IMG/VR virus record: IMGVR_UViG_2551306162_000001
Coordinates: 1 to 64,000 of that record
Origin: a virus
Lineage: Duplodnaviria; Caudoviricetes
Length of the DNA stretch: 64,000 nucleotides
Direction: 5' to 3' (one strand)
The stretch's first letter is position 1, and each line of letters starts with the position of its first letter. A program made the position numbers and the translations under genes. The notes under the pieces were generated by a model, which worked only from the letters and a program-made list of their open reading frames with translations, was not told the DNA's origin and searched no databases. Shown one piece after another: positions 44,969 to 54,392 of this stretch.

Positions 44969-45613
44969 TTACTCCAGGATTCCGTTGGGGAGCGGCGCGC
45001 CGATGAGCGCACCGAGGAGCCGGTACTGTTCGGGCGCCCAGCTGGTTCCGCAGGCGATGCACTGTGCGGAGCTGAGATTCGCGCGCAGGGCGTAGGTGCG
45101 GACTTCTTCACCTGCACCGTTTCGCGTGGTGACATCTAAGGCACCGCAGGAGGGGCAGGCTGCCCGCAGCTCCCACTCTCGTTCCTCGTCCAGCAGCGCA
45201 CGCACCCGCCGCGCCCACTCGTGCACCTGCCGTGTCATCCGCCGTACAGCAGCGAGATCCTCAGGCGCCCACGGGTGGTCGGCCAGCGCGTACAGCCGGC
45301 GCGGTGTCACAGCCCGGCCGGGCACGCTGGCCTGTCCGATCGACCACTCCCCTACCCGGCGGTCGATCACCTCGAGCAGCGATAGCGCGTCAGCCCAGCC
45401 GGGCGCGCGGGAGCCGGGTTCGGGCCGGCGGGCGCCGCTGCCGTCCTGCTGCTGGCCGTGGGTGGATTCGGCGAGCTGGTCGTAGAGCGAGTCGATCGGG
45501 ACCGATACCTGGCGGCCGTCGCGCTCGACGCGTTCTACCTGCATGCCGACGAGGGCGTGGACGGCGTCGGCCAGCGCGCGGCGGTGGCCGACGACCAGAT
45601 CGTCTTCACTCAC
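44969..45613 (-). CDS. Hypothetical protein with C-terminal Zn ribbon (possible late regulator)
   Basis: SLYDQL...CPSCG...CIACG.SW. Confidence 0.7.
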   Translation of the reverse strand: MSEDDLVVGHRRALADAVHALVGMQVERVERDGRQVSVPIDSLYDQLAESTHGQQQDGSGARRPEPGSRAPGWADALSLLEVIDRRVGEWSIGQASVPGRAVTPRRLYALADHPWAPEDLAAVRRMTRQVHEWARRVRALLDEEREWELRAACPSCGALDVTTRNGAGEEVRTYALRANLSSAQCIACGTSWAPEQYRLLGALIGAPLPNGILE

Positions 45614-45805
45614 GCTGCTCGTCCTCTGGTTCGGTCTTGCCCCACGGATAGCCGCAGGCGGAGACGATCGTTTCGGGGTAGTCCGTCGTGCTGGTGACGA
45701 ACTCGCCGGTGTGGACCAGGCCGCCGTTCGCGTACTCCGGTAGATCGGTCATGTCGTGCTCCGTGGGTCGGGTGCGGTGCTCGCGCGGGCGCGGCCTGGG
45801 ATGTT

Positions 45806-46033
45806 TCAACGGCCCGCCGTGTAGCGCAGGCGCATCATCGCTGCGACCTTGTCGATGCTCTTCGCGGCGTCGAACGCGTCAGCGATGTCGACGCAGGCGA
45901 CCATCGGCTTGCCGCGCATGGCGATCGGCCGTTGCCGTCGGTCGGCACGCCACAGGAACCAGACCGACGCGAGGCTGGCGGCGAGGGTGACTGTCGCGAA
46001 TACAAACGCGGCAACGACGAGGGCGGTGGTCAT
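45806..46033 (-). CDS. Small membrane protein
   Basis: N-terminal TM; GGAG RBS. Confidence 0.55.
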   Translation of the reverse strand: MTTALVVAAFVFATVTLAASLASVWFLWRADRRQRPIAMRGKPMVACVDIADAFDAAKSIDKVAAMMRLRYTAGR

Positions 46034-46490
46034 GAATCGTTCTCCGTTTCGCCGAATAGGTCGGCGGGGGTGACTAGCCGGTGGGAATGCTGGAGGGCGT
46101 GCACGATTTGGAGAGCCCGAAATTCTTCGGGGGTGACGTGTCGGCCGCGCCAGATTTCGCATCCGTGGGATACGCAGATGAGTGCGATCACGCCTTTGTC
46201 AATCGGTGTCATCGAGACCCGCTGACGCCGCGATAACCGAGCCGAGAAACGTGGGCACCACGATCCACCAGACGAGAACGGCCAGGCCAGCGGCGGCGAG
46301 GCTAGTTGCAATCCGGCTCATCTGGCTCGTCCTCCGGGTCGCGGAACGGCACCCAGGGTCGGCCGGGCATGGTCGGGTCGAGGTATCCGGGCGGCTGATA
46401 TTCGCGCGGGCTGTTCACGTCTTCGCGTTCGCTCATCACATTCCTCCATCTCACTCACAGAATATGGACGGAGTCAAACCCGATTAACAC

Positions 46491-46523
46491 AGAAATGCCC
46501 GCCACCGAAAAGGTGACGGGCAA
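46491..46523 (-). terminator. Intrinsic terminator
   Basis: TGCCCGTCACC-TTTTC-GGTGGCGGGCA followed by TTTCTGTGTT. Confidence 0.7.
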
Positions 46524-46536
46524 TTCCTAGGATCGG

Positions 46537-46998
46537 TCAGGCCGCTTCGCGGAGAATGCGTTCCGCCGCCATCCGGACTTCGGGCCATCCCGGCGGCGGC
46601 GGCCCCTCGCCGTACAGCGCGTACAGCAGGATGTCGGTTCGCACGAACGCGTCGACGATCCCCGCGCGCCGCTGCTCTGCCTCGCACAGTGCACCGACGA
46701 GGTCGAGGAGCCTGCCGGCCTCGAGCGCGCGGGCCTGCCAGTGCGTGCAGGACTCCACCACCTCGGCCAGGCGCCGGTTCGTCGCCCGGTGGCTGTCGTC
46801 GATGGCCTCGGCGACATCGGCCGCGACCCGCCGTTCGGCCGACGCCTTGAGTGCACGCTCCTGCCAGAAGCGGCGCGACCTCCACACCACACGCAGCAGC
46901 CGACTGGCCTTCTGCCGCGCGCGGTCGTGACCGTAGATCACCGCCCCGTACAGGCGTGCCTGGTACGGGGAGATGTCGGGCTCATCCACGACGGCCAC
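46537..46998 (-). CDS. Hypothetical protein
   Basis: Coupled ORF. Confidence 0.6.
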   Translation of the reverse strand: MAVVDEPDISPYQARLYGAVIYGHDRARQKASRLLRVVWRSRRFWQERALKASAERRVAADVAEAIDDSHRATNRRLAEVVESCTHWQARALEAGRLLDLVGALCEAEQRRAGIVDAFVRTDILLYALYGEGPPPPGWPEVRMAAERILREAA

Positions 46999-47833
46999 CG
47001 ATCAGGCCGCGCTGCTCCCACGAGCTGATGTAGGTGTCGGTGAGCCAGCGGTCGATCGCGGCCTGGTCCGGCTCGGGCGGCAGGTCGGCCGAGACCGCGA
47101 GCTGGTTGAGCTGGTCGAGCAGGTCGGCCGCACGGTCGAGCGCTTCCTCCTTGGTGTGCTCGCCGCGGCGCAGCTCGGACAGCCAGGTGCGGTCGGGTTC
47201 AGGGATGGGGAGCGTGATACGGCTGGTGGTGAGCAGCTCCACGCCCTGGAGGCCGAGCCTGACCATGTGGTAGGCGAACTTGGTGTCGAATCCGTACACG
47301 TCGACCAGCTCGGGTCGATTGGTGTGCTTCTTCGACTTCACGCCGAGCAGCTGGTCTCGCTGGGAGATGAGGTACCCGCCGAACCGCTTCGCTACCTCGC
47401 GCGACAGCCAGCGTTCCGGGTACGCCTGGATGTCGCGGCCGATGTCGGTCTGGACGACGATCTCGGCGGGCGGAATGAACGCGAGCAGCAGGACCGTCGG
47501 GTTGCCTTGCGCTGCCAGCGCGCTCCACTTGCGCAGCGAATAGACGAGCAGGTCGAGGTCTCCAGTGCCGGATCGGTGGCCTTCGGGTTGGGTGCGGTAG
47601 ATGTACTGCTCAAAGAGGGCACCGCCGCCCTTGGTGATCGGGAAGGTCATCGTGGGCGGTTCGATGCAGACCCCCATCTCGTCGCGGTCGTCGTTGCCGG
47701 TGGTGACGCCGTGCAGGCCGGAGCCGACCTGGCCGAGCAGGACGATTCCGTTGCGGGCGATCTCGGCGTTGCGGTCGCTGCCGTGCGACATGGTGTTCGT
47801 GGAGTTGTCGGGCCACTGGTAGGTGGTGGTCAT
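46982..47833 (-). CDS. RlaP/YcgL-like Pol-beta nucleotidyltransferase
   Basis: VGSGLHG...DDRDEMG, GNPT, GFDTKFAYHMVRL. Confidence 0.88.
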   Translation of the reverse strand: MTTTYQWPDNSTNTMSHGSDRNAEIARNGIVLLGQVGSGLHGVTTGNDDRDEMGVCIEPPTMTFPITKGGGALFEQYIYRTQPEGHRSGTGDLDLLVYSLRKWSALAAQGNPTVLLLAFIPPAEIVVQTDIGRDIQAYPERWLSREVAKRFGGYLISQRDQLLGVKSKKHTNRPELVDVYGFDTKFAYHMVRLGLQGVELLTTSRITLPIPEPDRTWLSELRRGEHTKEEALDRAADLLDQLNQLAVSADLPPEPDQAAIDRWLTDTYISSWEQRGLIGGRRG

Positions 47834-48516
47834 GCTGCTGGGCCTTTCCGGGCGAGGTCGATCAGGGATTGCCGCCATGCGATGTCACGGCGTTCCGCGG
47901 CGATCTGCTGGTCGAGGTTGGCGTGGATCGGGGTCACGGACGCGACGCCGCGGACCATGGACAGGGCGGTGACGGTGGCGGTCGCCTCGTCCTCGCGCAG
48001 GTCGGTGTCGAGGACGATGACGTAGCCGGAGTGGCGTGCGCTCACGGTGTCTCGCTTTCGGTAGTCGAGGTGGCGGTGGATGCCGAACGCGGTGAGGGCT
48101 TCGGCGGCGGGGCCGGCCATGAGGTCGGACCAGGAGCAGCCGCTGCTGGCGATCACGACGTCGAGGCGGCGGGCCGCGAGTTGCTCGCGCCAGTCCGGGC
48201 GGTCGTCGACGACGGCGGCCGGGCCGGTGATGGTGACCGTGCGGGATTCGCGGCGCCGCTGGTCGGCTCGGCGTTGAGCCTTCGTGCGGCCGGGACCGGG
48301 GACCGGGCGAAGCGGTACGCCGCTGACGCGGACGATGTTGGCCTCGGTGTTCTCCAGCGATCGGCGTCCGCCCGACGGCGTGCCGACGATCCGCAGGATC
48401 CGGCCGGTCGCGGGCCAGCGGATCTGGTGGTGGCTGCGACCGTCGAAGCCGAGGTACTCCCAGCCGGTGGCTTGTGCACGGGCCAGGAGGTCTTTCACGT
48501 CCTTCTGGCTGGTCAT
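47830..48516 (-). CDS. Protein with N-terminal HicA-like domain
   Basis: KDLLARAQATGW...SHH...GTPS...N. Confidence 0.55.
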   Translation of the reverse strand: MTSQKDVKDLLARAQATGWEYLGFDGRSHHQIRWPATGRILRIVGTPSGGRRSLENTEANIVRVSGVPLRPVPGPGRTKAQRRADQRRRESRTVTITGPAAVVDDRPDWREQLAARRLDVVIASSGCSWSDLMAGPAAEALTAFGIHRHLDYRKRDTVSARHSGYVIVLDTDLREDEATATVTALSMVRGVASVTPIHANLDQQIAAERRDIAWRQSLIDLARKGPAA

Positions 48517-48983
48517 GCCGCCGCCACCATTCCAGCCTCCCGGGCGGTCGCGCGGGCACTGCGCCAGCAGGATTCGACCCGGATCACGCGGGTTGCGAGG
48601 TGGGGCCGGTAGTAGCGGATGGCCTTGCGGGTCGGTCGAGGCAACCACGAGATCTCGGTGTCGAAGTAGGTCTCCATCGCGTGCCCGCCGCGGCCGGGGA
48701 TCGGCGTGAGCGGCAGACCCCACACGGTCTCGCAGGTGCGGCGGATGAACGTCAATCCTTGCCACATGGCGCGGGTTTCACGGTCGCGTTCGGAGACGTC
48801 GTGGACGACGATTTCGTGGCCGAGGGCCATGGCCATCAGCAGGTCCGGGCCCGCGCTGGCGAGGACCTGCGGCCAGTGTTTGCCCTCGCACTGTGTGGAC
48901 TGGATACGCGTGTAGTGGACGTCGACGCCGTGCAGGTGCGGGCACAGCAGGCCGCGGGTGAGGTTCGCGAAGTGGATGGTCAC
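48513..48983 (-). CDS. Hypothetical protein
   Basis: FANLTRGL...RIQSTQCE. Confidence 0.7.
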   Translation of the reverse strand: MTIHFANLTRGLLCPHLHGVDVHYTRIQSTQCEGKHWPQVLASAGPDLLMAMALGHEIVVHDVSERDRETRAMWQGLTFIRRTCETVWGLPLTPIPGRGGHAMETYFDTEISWLPRPTRKAIRYYRPHLATRVIRVESCWRSARATAREAGMVAAA

Positions 48984-49168
48984 GGGGCGACCTCCGGCGG
49001 GAGCACGAACGCGGCCCACTTCGCCAGGCAGGGCATGGAGCAAAAGTGGTGGTCGTAGCCGAGGCCCTGGGTGATCACGATCCACGGCGCGGGCGGGGTG
49101 ACGTCGTTCGCCCTGGTGACCATGACCGAGTTGCTGCAGGACTTGACCTCGCAGCAGTAGGCGATCAT
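48980..49168 (-). CDS. Small Zn-binding hypothetical protein
   Basis: C..C...HFCS..CL. Confidence 0.6.
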   Translation of the reverse strand: MIAYCCEVKSCSNSVMVTRANDVTPPAPWIVITQGLGYDHHFCSMPCLAKWAAFVLPPEVAP

Positions 49169-49443
49169 GCGGCACGCTCCACGACTTCCCAGGCGCTGGT
49201 GTGGATCTCGCGGCGCGTGACGACGACCTGATAGTCCGCGTCCAGCAGCTGCTTGCGGTGGGCCCAGACGTTGGTGCCGTCGGCGAGCAGGTGGAATTCC
49301 TCGCCGGTCTGCGGGTTGCGGTACATCAACCGGTACTCCGAGCGGGTGGTCGCGGTGTCGGTGAGCCGCGGCACGTAGGGCTCGTAGTCGTGGTCCATGG
49401 GGCCTCCGATGAGCCGGGCCAGGCGGCTGATGATCGTGGTCAT
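49165..49443 (-). CDS. Hypothetical protein
   Basis: GGAG RBS. Confidence 0.65.
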   Translation of the reverse strand: MTTIISRLARLIGGPMDHDYEPYVPRLTDTATTRSEYRLMYRNPQTGEEFHLLADGTNVWAHRKQLLDADYQVVVTRREIHTSAWEVVERAA

Positions 49444-49862
49444 GCTGCGTTCTCCTTGGTGCTGTAGGTGATTTCGAGCCACATGCGCCCGCCCTCGCCT
49501 TTGACGGGCGGGTGGATGACGGGTTCGGGTTTCCCCATGTAGCCGGGGGTGTCGTCGGGGACGAGGCCGTAGCCGGCGAAGTTCTTCCCGCCGGCGGCGA
49601 GGCCGTCGTAGATCGGTTTCGCGGTGGCGGTGAGGTTGTCGGTGTCACGGCGCCGTTTGTCGCGCGGCTGGTAGTGCAGCTGCACGGTCACGTAGTCCAG
49701 GCCGCGAGGAAGGTCGGCGTGGACGGCGAGCGCGACGGTGGTCTGCCGGATCTCGCGGATCTTCGCCGCCTTCGCCATGGCCGCGCCGCGCGTGTACCCG
49801 CGGTCGTTCATCGACAGGAGCGGGCGCGTCCAGGGCAGGTCGATCGTCACGGTGACGGTCAC
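49440..49862 (-). CDS. RusA-like Holliday junction resolvase
   Basis: RRRDTDNL...K...DGL...GLVPDD. Confidence 0.85.
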   Translation of the reverse strand: MTVTVTIDLPWTRPLLSMNDRGYTRGAAMAKAAKIREIRQTTVALAVHADLPRGLDYVTVQLHYQPRDKRRRDTDNLTATAKPIYDGLAAGGKNFAGYGLVPDDTPGYMGKPEPVIHPPVKGEGGRMWLEITYSTKENAA

Positions 49863-50131
49863 AGGGGCACCACCGTGCAGAAGCTGTCGAAGTCTGGGAA
49901 TTCCCGCTGACAGTGCTTGCAGACAGCTCGGTAGCCGTCGGCCACGGCCCGCTCGAACAGGCCACGCAGCCTGTTGACGCATGGCGTGCACATCAGCATG
50001 TCGTCACAGCCGTGCTGGTTGACCCAACATGTCGCGGTCGGCCGATACCCGCCGTCATGTCGCCGATGGCCACACTCCGGTCGGAGGTCTTCGGCGTGCT
50101 CGATACTGATGTCGATGGCGGGGGCGGTCAC
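49859..50131 (-). CDS. Cys-rich hypothetical protein
   Basis: Tandem paralog of 50128..50406. Confidence 0.65.
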   Translation of the reverse strand: MTAPAIDISIEHAEDLRPECGHRRHDGGYRPTATCWVNQHGCDDMLMCTPCVNRLRGLFERAVADGYRAVCKHCQREFPDFDSFCTVVPL

Positions 50132-50406
50132 GGCAGCCTCAGCGGGGTGAGCCGGAACAGCGCGTCGAGGTCGGTGAAGTCGGTGGCACAGACCAGGCAG
50201 CGCACGGTGCCGCCGTCGGCGATCAGGCCGCTGTAGTAGCTGTGGTCCCGCTGGAAGCAGTCCGTGCAGGTCAGGGTGTCCCAGCAGCCGTGCTGGTCGA
50301 GCCAGAAGTCGGCGGCCGGTGGGGTGTGCTGGTGTCGGCTGTCGCCACAGGTCGGCTGGAAGTCGAGGTGGTCGATGCCTTTCCGGCGGCGGGGCAGGAT
50401 CCTCAT
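50128..50406 (-). CDS. Cys-rich hypothetical protein
   Basis: QHGC...C..C...C..C. Confidence 0.65.
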   Translation of the reverse strand: MRILPRRRKGIDHLDFQPTCGDSRHQHTPPAADFWLDQHGCWDTLTCTDCFQRDHSYYSGLIADGGTVRCLVCATDFTDLDALFRLTPLRLP

Positions 50407-50732
50407 GCTGCATGTCCTGACTGATCGGGGGCGGGTCGTTTGGTGGTGTGCCACTTGCGGCAGCGGCACAGGTAGACGCGGGTCGGGCGGGCGCCGGGCT
50501 TCTGCGCGCGCCAGAAGCGGGCGAGCGCGGCTTCGGCTTCGGCCTGGGTGCCGTGGCCCTTCTTGTGCGGGGTAGGGCAGGACCGGTCGCGGGCGGCGTC
50601 GATGGTGTGGCGGTAGAGCATCGCGGTCGCGGTCGCACGGTCGGGCCGGACTTCGGTGTGCCCGCACGTGCAGGTCGCAGCGTGGCTGCCGTTGTTGCGG
50701 CGGCGGACCGTGGCGAGGACGTGATCAGTCAT
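50403..50732 (-). CDS. Zn-finger-like hypothetical protein
   Basis: CTCG...CPTPHK...YLCRC..WHTT. Confidence 0.7.
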   Translation of the reverse strand: MTDHVLATVRRRNNGSHAATCTCGHTEVRPDRATATAMLYRHTIDAARDRSCPTPHKKGHGTQAEAEAALARFWRAQKPGARPTRVYLCRCRKWHTTKRPAPDQSGHAA

Positions 50733-50946
50733 CGGGCATCGTCCCTCCGGCGCGGAGCACGGCCAGGAGCTTGTCGAGGTCGAGTTTGGTGACGGCGGCG
50801 ACGGCGATCACCTGGTCGGCCAGGTTGAGGACAATGCCGCGGGTGTCGCCGAGCTCGAGGATGATGTCGATGCCGGTCATGTCGCTGCGGCGGCGGGCGG
50901 CGACGATCGCGGCGGAGTCACGCATTGAATCCACCATGTCGGTCAC
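50725..50946 (-). CDS. Hypothetical protein
   Basis: Coupled ORF. Confidence 0.6.
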   Translation of the reverse strand: MTDMVDSMRDSAAIVAARRRSDMTGIDIILELGDTRGIVLNLADQVIAVAAVTKLDLDKLLAVLRAGGTMPDD

Positions 50947-51272
50947 GCCGCATCCCCGAATGCGCTGAGCTGGTCGGGGTTCGGCCGGTGGATGGGTTCC
51001 TTGTCGCGGTAGATCCGGCCGCCCCACACACCGGGCACACGAAGGCCGGACGCGGCTTCGAGCCTGGCGTGCAGGTCGCGGCAGAGCTGGCGCGTTTCGT
51101 CCGAGCAGGAGAAGCAGATGCCGGCGGCGCGTTTGCGGCGGGCCGCGGCAGCGAGCTTGTCTTCGCCGGGGAGCATCCAGTCCCACTGCGAACCGTGGTG
51201 GACGCGCATCCACTGCTCGTGTTCGACGCTGGTGCAGGGGGCGCCAGCGAACAGGTTCGGTTGCTTTTTCAT
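50943..51272 (-). CDS. WhiB-family regulator
   Basis: Four Cys (C...CFSC...C) and GVWGG. Confidence 0.75.
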   Translation of the reverse strand: MKKQPNLFAGAPCTSVEHEQWMRVHHGSQWDWMLPGEDKLAAAARRKRAAGICFSCSDETRQLCRDLHARLEAASGLRVPGVWGGRIYRDKEPIHRPNPDQLSAFGDAA

Positions 51273-51437
51273 GCGGCGTTCACCGCCGCGATGATCGGCG
51301 CGATGATGCATGCCACGAGAACGAGGAGGACGCCGGCAAGGGCGCCGATGAGGCGGAGGACGATCTGTTTTGTCACGTGTATCTCCTGGTAGTTGCCCAT
51401 TTTGCGCCCCCTCGCTGATCTTGCATTACATTGCTTG

Positions 51438-51466
51438 ACACTACGGTCTATTGCATTGGAATGCAA
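51438..51466 (-). promoter_or_regulatory. Promoter TTGCAT-17-TAGTGT with TCCAATGCA site
   Basis: The motif fills the start of the spacer. Confidence 0.7.
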
Positions 51467-51551
51467 GAACATCGGCGATCCCGTTCCGTGGAAGTTGCCT
51501 CCTCGTGGCGGTGTGCAGTTACCGGCCAGTCACCTCGTAGCTGGTGGCGTG

Positions 51552-51695
51552 CTAGCGGTCTTTCGCGTAGCGCAGTGCCCAGCCGACGAATCCCCAGAAG
51601 CAGGCCAGGGCGAGCCCGGTGATCAGCCAGACCGGCCAGTCCGAGCCGGGCTCGCCGCGGGTTGCGAGCACGTCGAGGACGAGATGGTCGGTCAT
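51552..51695 (-). CDS. Small membrane protein
   Basis: 47 aa with one TM segment. Confidence 0.5.
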   Translation of the reverse strand: MTDHLVLDVLATRGEPGSDWPVWLITGLALACFWGFVGWALRYAKDR

Positions 51696-51970
51696 GCGAC
51701 GCGTCCGTACCGGTTGCGGCTCGCCTTGGATGCCCGTGCGGCGCTCGCGGCGCGCCGGATGCGGGCGATCTGCACGTTCGGGTTCACGGGTTGGGGCTTT
51801 CGACCTTCGGCCGCGGTGCGTGCCGCGCAGATGGCGTGCAGCTTCGTGAGGTAGTCGTCGATCGCGAGGTCCATCGCCGTGCCGCGGCGGGAGTAGTCGG
51901 CGATTTCGGCGGCGTCTTCGACGGCCCGGTATTCGGGCGAGTTGTAGTCGAGCCCTCCGTGTCGGGTCAT
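51692..51970 (-). CDS. Hypothetical protein
   Basis: Coupled ORF. Confidence 0.6.
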   Translation of the reverse strand: MTRHGGLDYNSPEYRAVEDAAEIADYSRRGTAMDLAIDDYLTKLHAICAARTAAEGRKPQPVNPNVQIARIRRAASAARASKASRNRYGRVA

Positions 51971-52386
51971 GACAGGTGTCCTTTCGAGTCGAGGGTGAGC
52001 GGGCCGGTGAGCTGGTCGAAGGCTCGGCGTTCGGCGGCGGCGATCTGGTCCTCGAGCCATGCGCGTGCGGTCTTGTCGTCGGCCGCGCCGATCACGAAGA
52101 TCGACTCGTCCTCGATGAGGCCGAGGAGTTCGCCGGCGACGGTGTCGGCGTAACGGATTCGTCCGGTGTCGAGTTCTTCGACCTGGATCTGGCCGTAGGT
52201 GCCGCAGGGGTCACCGATCCAGCGGTAGCGACCGGAAAGGGTGATCGCCCACCCGCCGATGCACTGCTCGATCGCACCGCCCTCGGCCCGGTGCCGGAAG
52301 TAGGACTGGTTGTGGGTGGAGCGGTGCCGCGTGATCTGGGTGTGGATCTTGCGGAGCAGGGGCAGGCGATCATCCATGGTGCTCAC
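51967..52386 (-). CDS. Hypothetical protein
   Basis: HNQ..F...CIGGWA...LLGL. Confidence 0.7.
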   Translation of the reverse strand: MSTMDDRLPLLRKIHTQITRHRSTHNQSYFRHRAEGGAIEQCIGGWAITLSGRYRWIGDPCGTYGQIQVEELDTGRIRYADTVAGELLGLIEDESIFVIGAADDKTARAWLEDQIAAAERRAFDQLTGPLTLDSKGHLS

Positions 52387-52412
52387 CGTTTCGTGTGGTT
52401 CAGGTTGGTGTG

Positions 52413-52880
52413 TCAGGCGCTGTCGGCGAGGTAGTCGGCCAGCGCTTCGATTTGCGCGGCGGCCTTCTCGGTATTACCGCTGGTGAGGCTGTGCCGGATT
52501 TCGTCGAGACGACCGACCAGCTTGCCGAGGATGACCGTGGGGATCGGCGTGGGACCGATCAGGCGGTCGATCTCCCGGATTCGCTCGAGCGCGACTTGTT
52601 CGAGGCGAAGCCGCCTACGCTTGCGGTCGCTGGCTTCCTGCTTCGCCAGGAGGTACGCCCGTGTGGGGGTAGTGGGATGCCGGCCGGGGTGGGCAGCCAG
52701 GATGGCGTTCTCGTGTCCGTTCTGCAGTTTGATGGACTCGGAGATGCCGACCAGCTCATGTCGCCAACGGCGCAGGTTTTCGCGCCTGCGCAGGATCTTG
52801 CAGCTGGTTCCGGCGCCGAATCGGTCCCGCAGGTCTTGGTTGACCATCGCCCGGAAGTCGGTGTCGCTGTATTCGCTCAA
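52413..52880 (-). CDS. Hypothetical protein
   Basis: Helical ORF. Confidence 0.65.
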   Translation of the reverse strand: MSEYSDTDFRAMVNQDLRDRFGAGTSCKILRRRENLRRWRHELVGISESIKLQNGHENAILAAHPGRHPTTPTRAYLLAKQEASDRKRRRLRLEQVALERIREIDRLIGPTPIPTVILGKLVGRLDEIRHSLTSGNTEKAAAQIEALADYLADSA

Positions 52881-53062
52881 GACGGTTCACTCCGCTGAAG
52901 GTGCGTGTAGAGCTGCGCGCAGCCGCCGTCGCGGGTGGCGCGCAGGAGGGTTCCGTTGTGGCAGCCGCCTTCGCTGACGACTGCCATGGCCTCGGCGAAC
53001 AGGGCGCGCGCGTCTTCGACGTCGACCGCGGCGATGTAGACGCTGATACCGGTGTCGGTCAT
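52877..53062 (-). CDS. Hypothetical protein
   Basis: GGAGG RBS. Confidence 0.55.
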   Translation of the reverse strand: MTDTGISVYIAAVDVEDARALFAEAMAVVSEGGCHNGTLLRATRDGGCAQLYTHLQRSEPS

Positions 53063-53063
53063 G

Positions 53064-53810
53064 TCAGGCCTCCTGTCGGCGGTAGGCGGTCAGTCGGCAG
53101 TGGATGCCCCAGTAAGTGGGGTGGTAGGGCGCCTGGCCGATCTCCACCCAGCCGGTGGCGAGGGCCTGGTAGAAGGCGTCGTCGGCTGTGCAGCCGCCGT
53201 CCGCTTCGCCCGCGAAGATCACCGTGTCCCCGCTGTAGTGGCTGAGCGCGGCGGCAGCCATCGGGTCGTCGTAGGGCGGCCAGACGAGCAGCAGGGCACG
53301 GTCCGGGTGCAGCCCGGCCGCAGCTTCATCGCCGATCTGTACGTCTGCCCACTGCTGCTCGACCTCCCACGACTTGTTGTCGTAGGCCGCGACATCGACG
53401 CCGAGCTGCCGCAACTGCCACGCCCAATATCCGGCCCCGGCCCCGATCTCGACCATGTCCCGTCCGCCGAGGTGCGCCTTGATCCACAGCAGGTCCGCGG
53501 GGGAAGGGATCGACCAGGCGAAGGTCTTGCACATTTCGCTGCGGTTCGCTGTCGGGTAAGGCCGCCGCGGCGAGAACCAGCCAACCTGCCACTCGTCGTC
53601 GCCGGGCCATGCGGGCTCGTTGCGGGCCATCAACCGAATGAGCTGCCAATAGGGATTGTCCGTGCCGACGTGGACGTCGAGTTCGGTGTTGGCGAACATC
53701 GGGTAGGCCGTGTCGCGCCTGGCACCGTTGAGCAGGGTGAGGGCGTCGTCGATGCCGCAGTTGTAGGTGTCGTGGCCGATGCTGAAGGTGACCTTCACGC
53801 TGGTGTTCAT
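53064..53810 (-). CDS. Class I SAM-dependent methyltransferase-like protein
   Basis: VEIGAGAGYW, AAYD, LLVWPPY, GGCTADD. Confidence 0.75.
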   Translation of the reverse strand: MNTSVKVTFSIGHDTYNCGIDDALTLLNGARRDTAYPMFANTELDVHVGTDNPYWQLIRLMARNEPAWPGDDEWQVGWFSPRRPYPTANRSEMCKTFAWSIPSPADLLWIKAHLGGRDMVEIGAGAGYWAWQLRQLGVDVAAYDNKSWEVEQQWADVQIGDEAAAGLHPDRALLLVWPPYDDPMAAAALSHYSGDTVIFAGEADGGCTADDAFYQALATGWVEIGQAPYHPTYWGIHCRLTAYRRQEA

Positions 53811-54073
53811 GCCGCGTCCGCCTGCCCGATGTAGGAGACGTAGGTGACACGGTTGCGGGTGCTGGCGGTGAACTCGCCGGCGGGGAGCTGCTTGTACGCG
53901 CCGCGGCGCACCATGGCGCCGATGTTGTAGCAGGTGTTCTTGCCGGTGGTCGGGAACGGCCACGCCTTCCACATGCCGGGATTCCGGCGCAGGGTGAGGG
54001 CGAAGCGTTCGAGGGTGGCGTGGCTCTTGTTTTCGGTCTTGGGCAGCTCGGCGAGCAGTGCGTTCTTGGTCAT
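53807..54073 (-). CDS. Hypothetical protein
   Basis: LRRNPG.W...YVSYIG. Confidence 0.7.
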   Translation of the reverse strand: MTKNALLAELPKTENKSHATLERFALTLRRNPGMWKAWPFPTTGKNTCYNIGAMVRRGAYKQLPAGEFTASTRNRVTYVSYIGQADAA

Positions 54074-54392
54074 GGCTGGCGCATCCTCCTTCGGGGTGTG
54101 GTCGGGTTGGCTGGTAGGGGCGGCGCCCGAGAGATGTGAGGGTCGATCTCGGGCGCCGCGCTCCTCGCTCCCCTATGGGCGGCCGTCGCGCGCTGGCGTT
54201 CTGGTGGAGCGCCGCGGTCGCGCAGGGAAGGTCTCGGTTAGCCCTCGCCGGCGAGGACGGGCGGGCTGTCGGTGTCGCGGGGGACGGTGGCGAAGTGCGC
54301 GGCGAGCGGGTCGCGGCCGAGCTGGGCGAGCAGGCGTTTCACGGGGATCTGGTCGCGCTTCCACCAGACGCGGGCGTGACGGCCGAGCGTGT

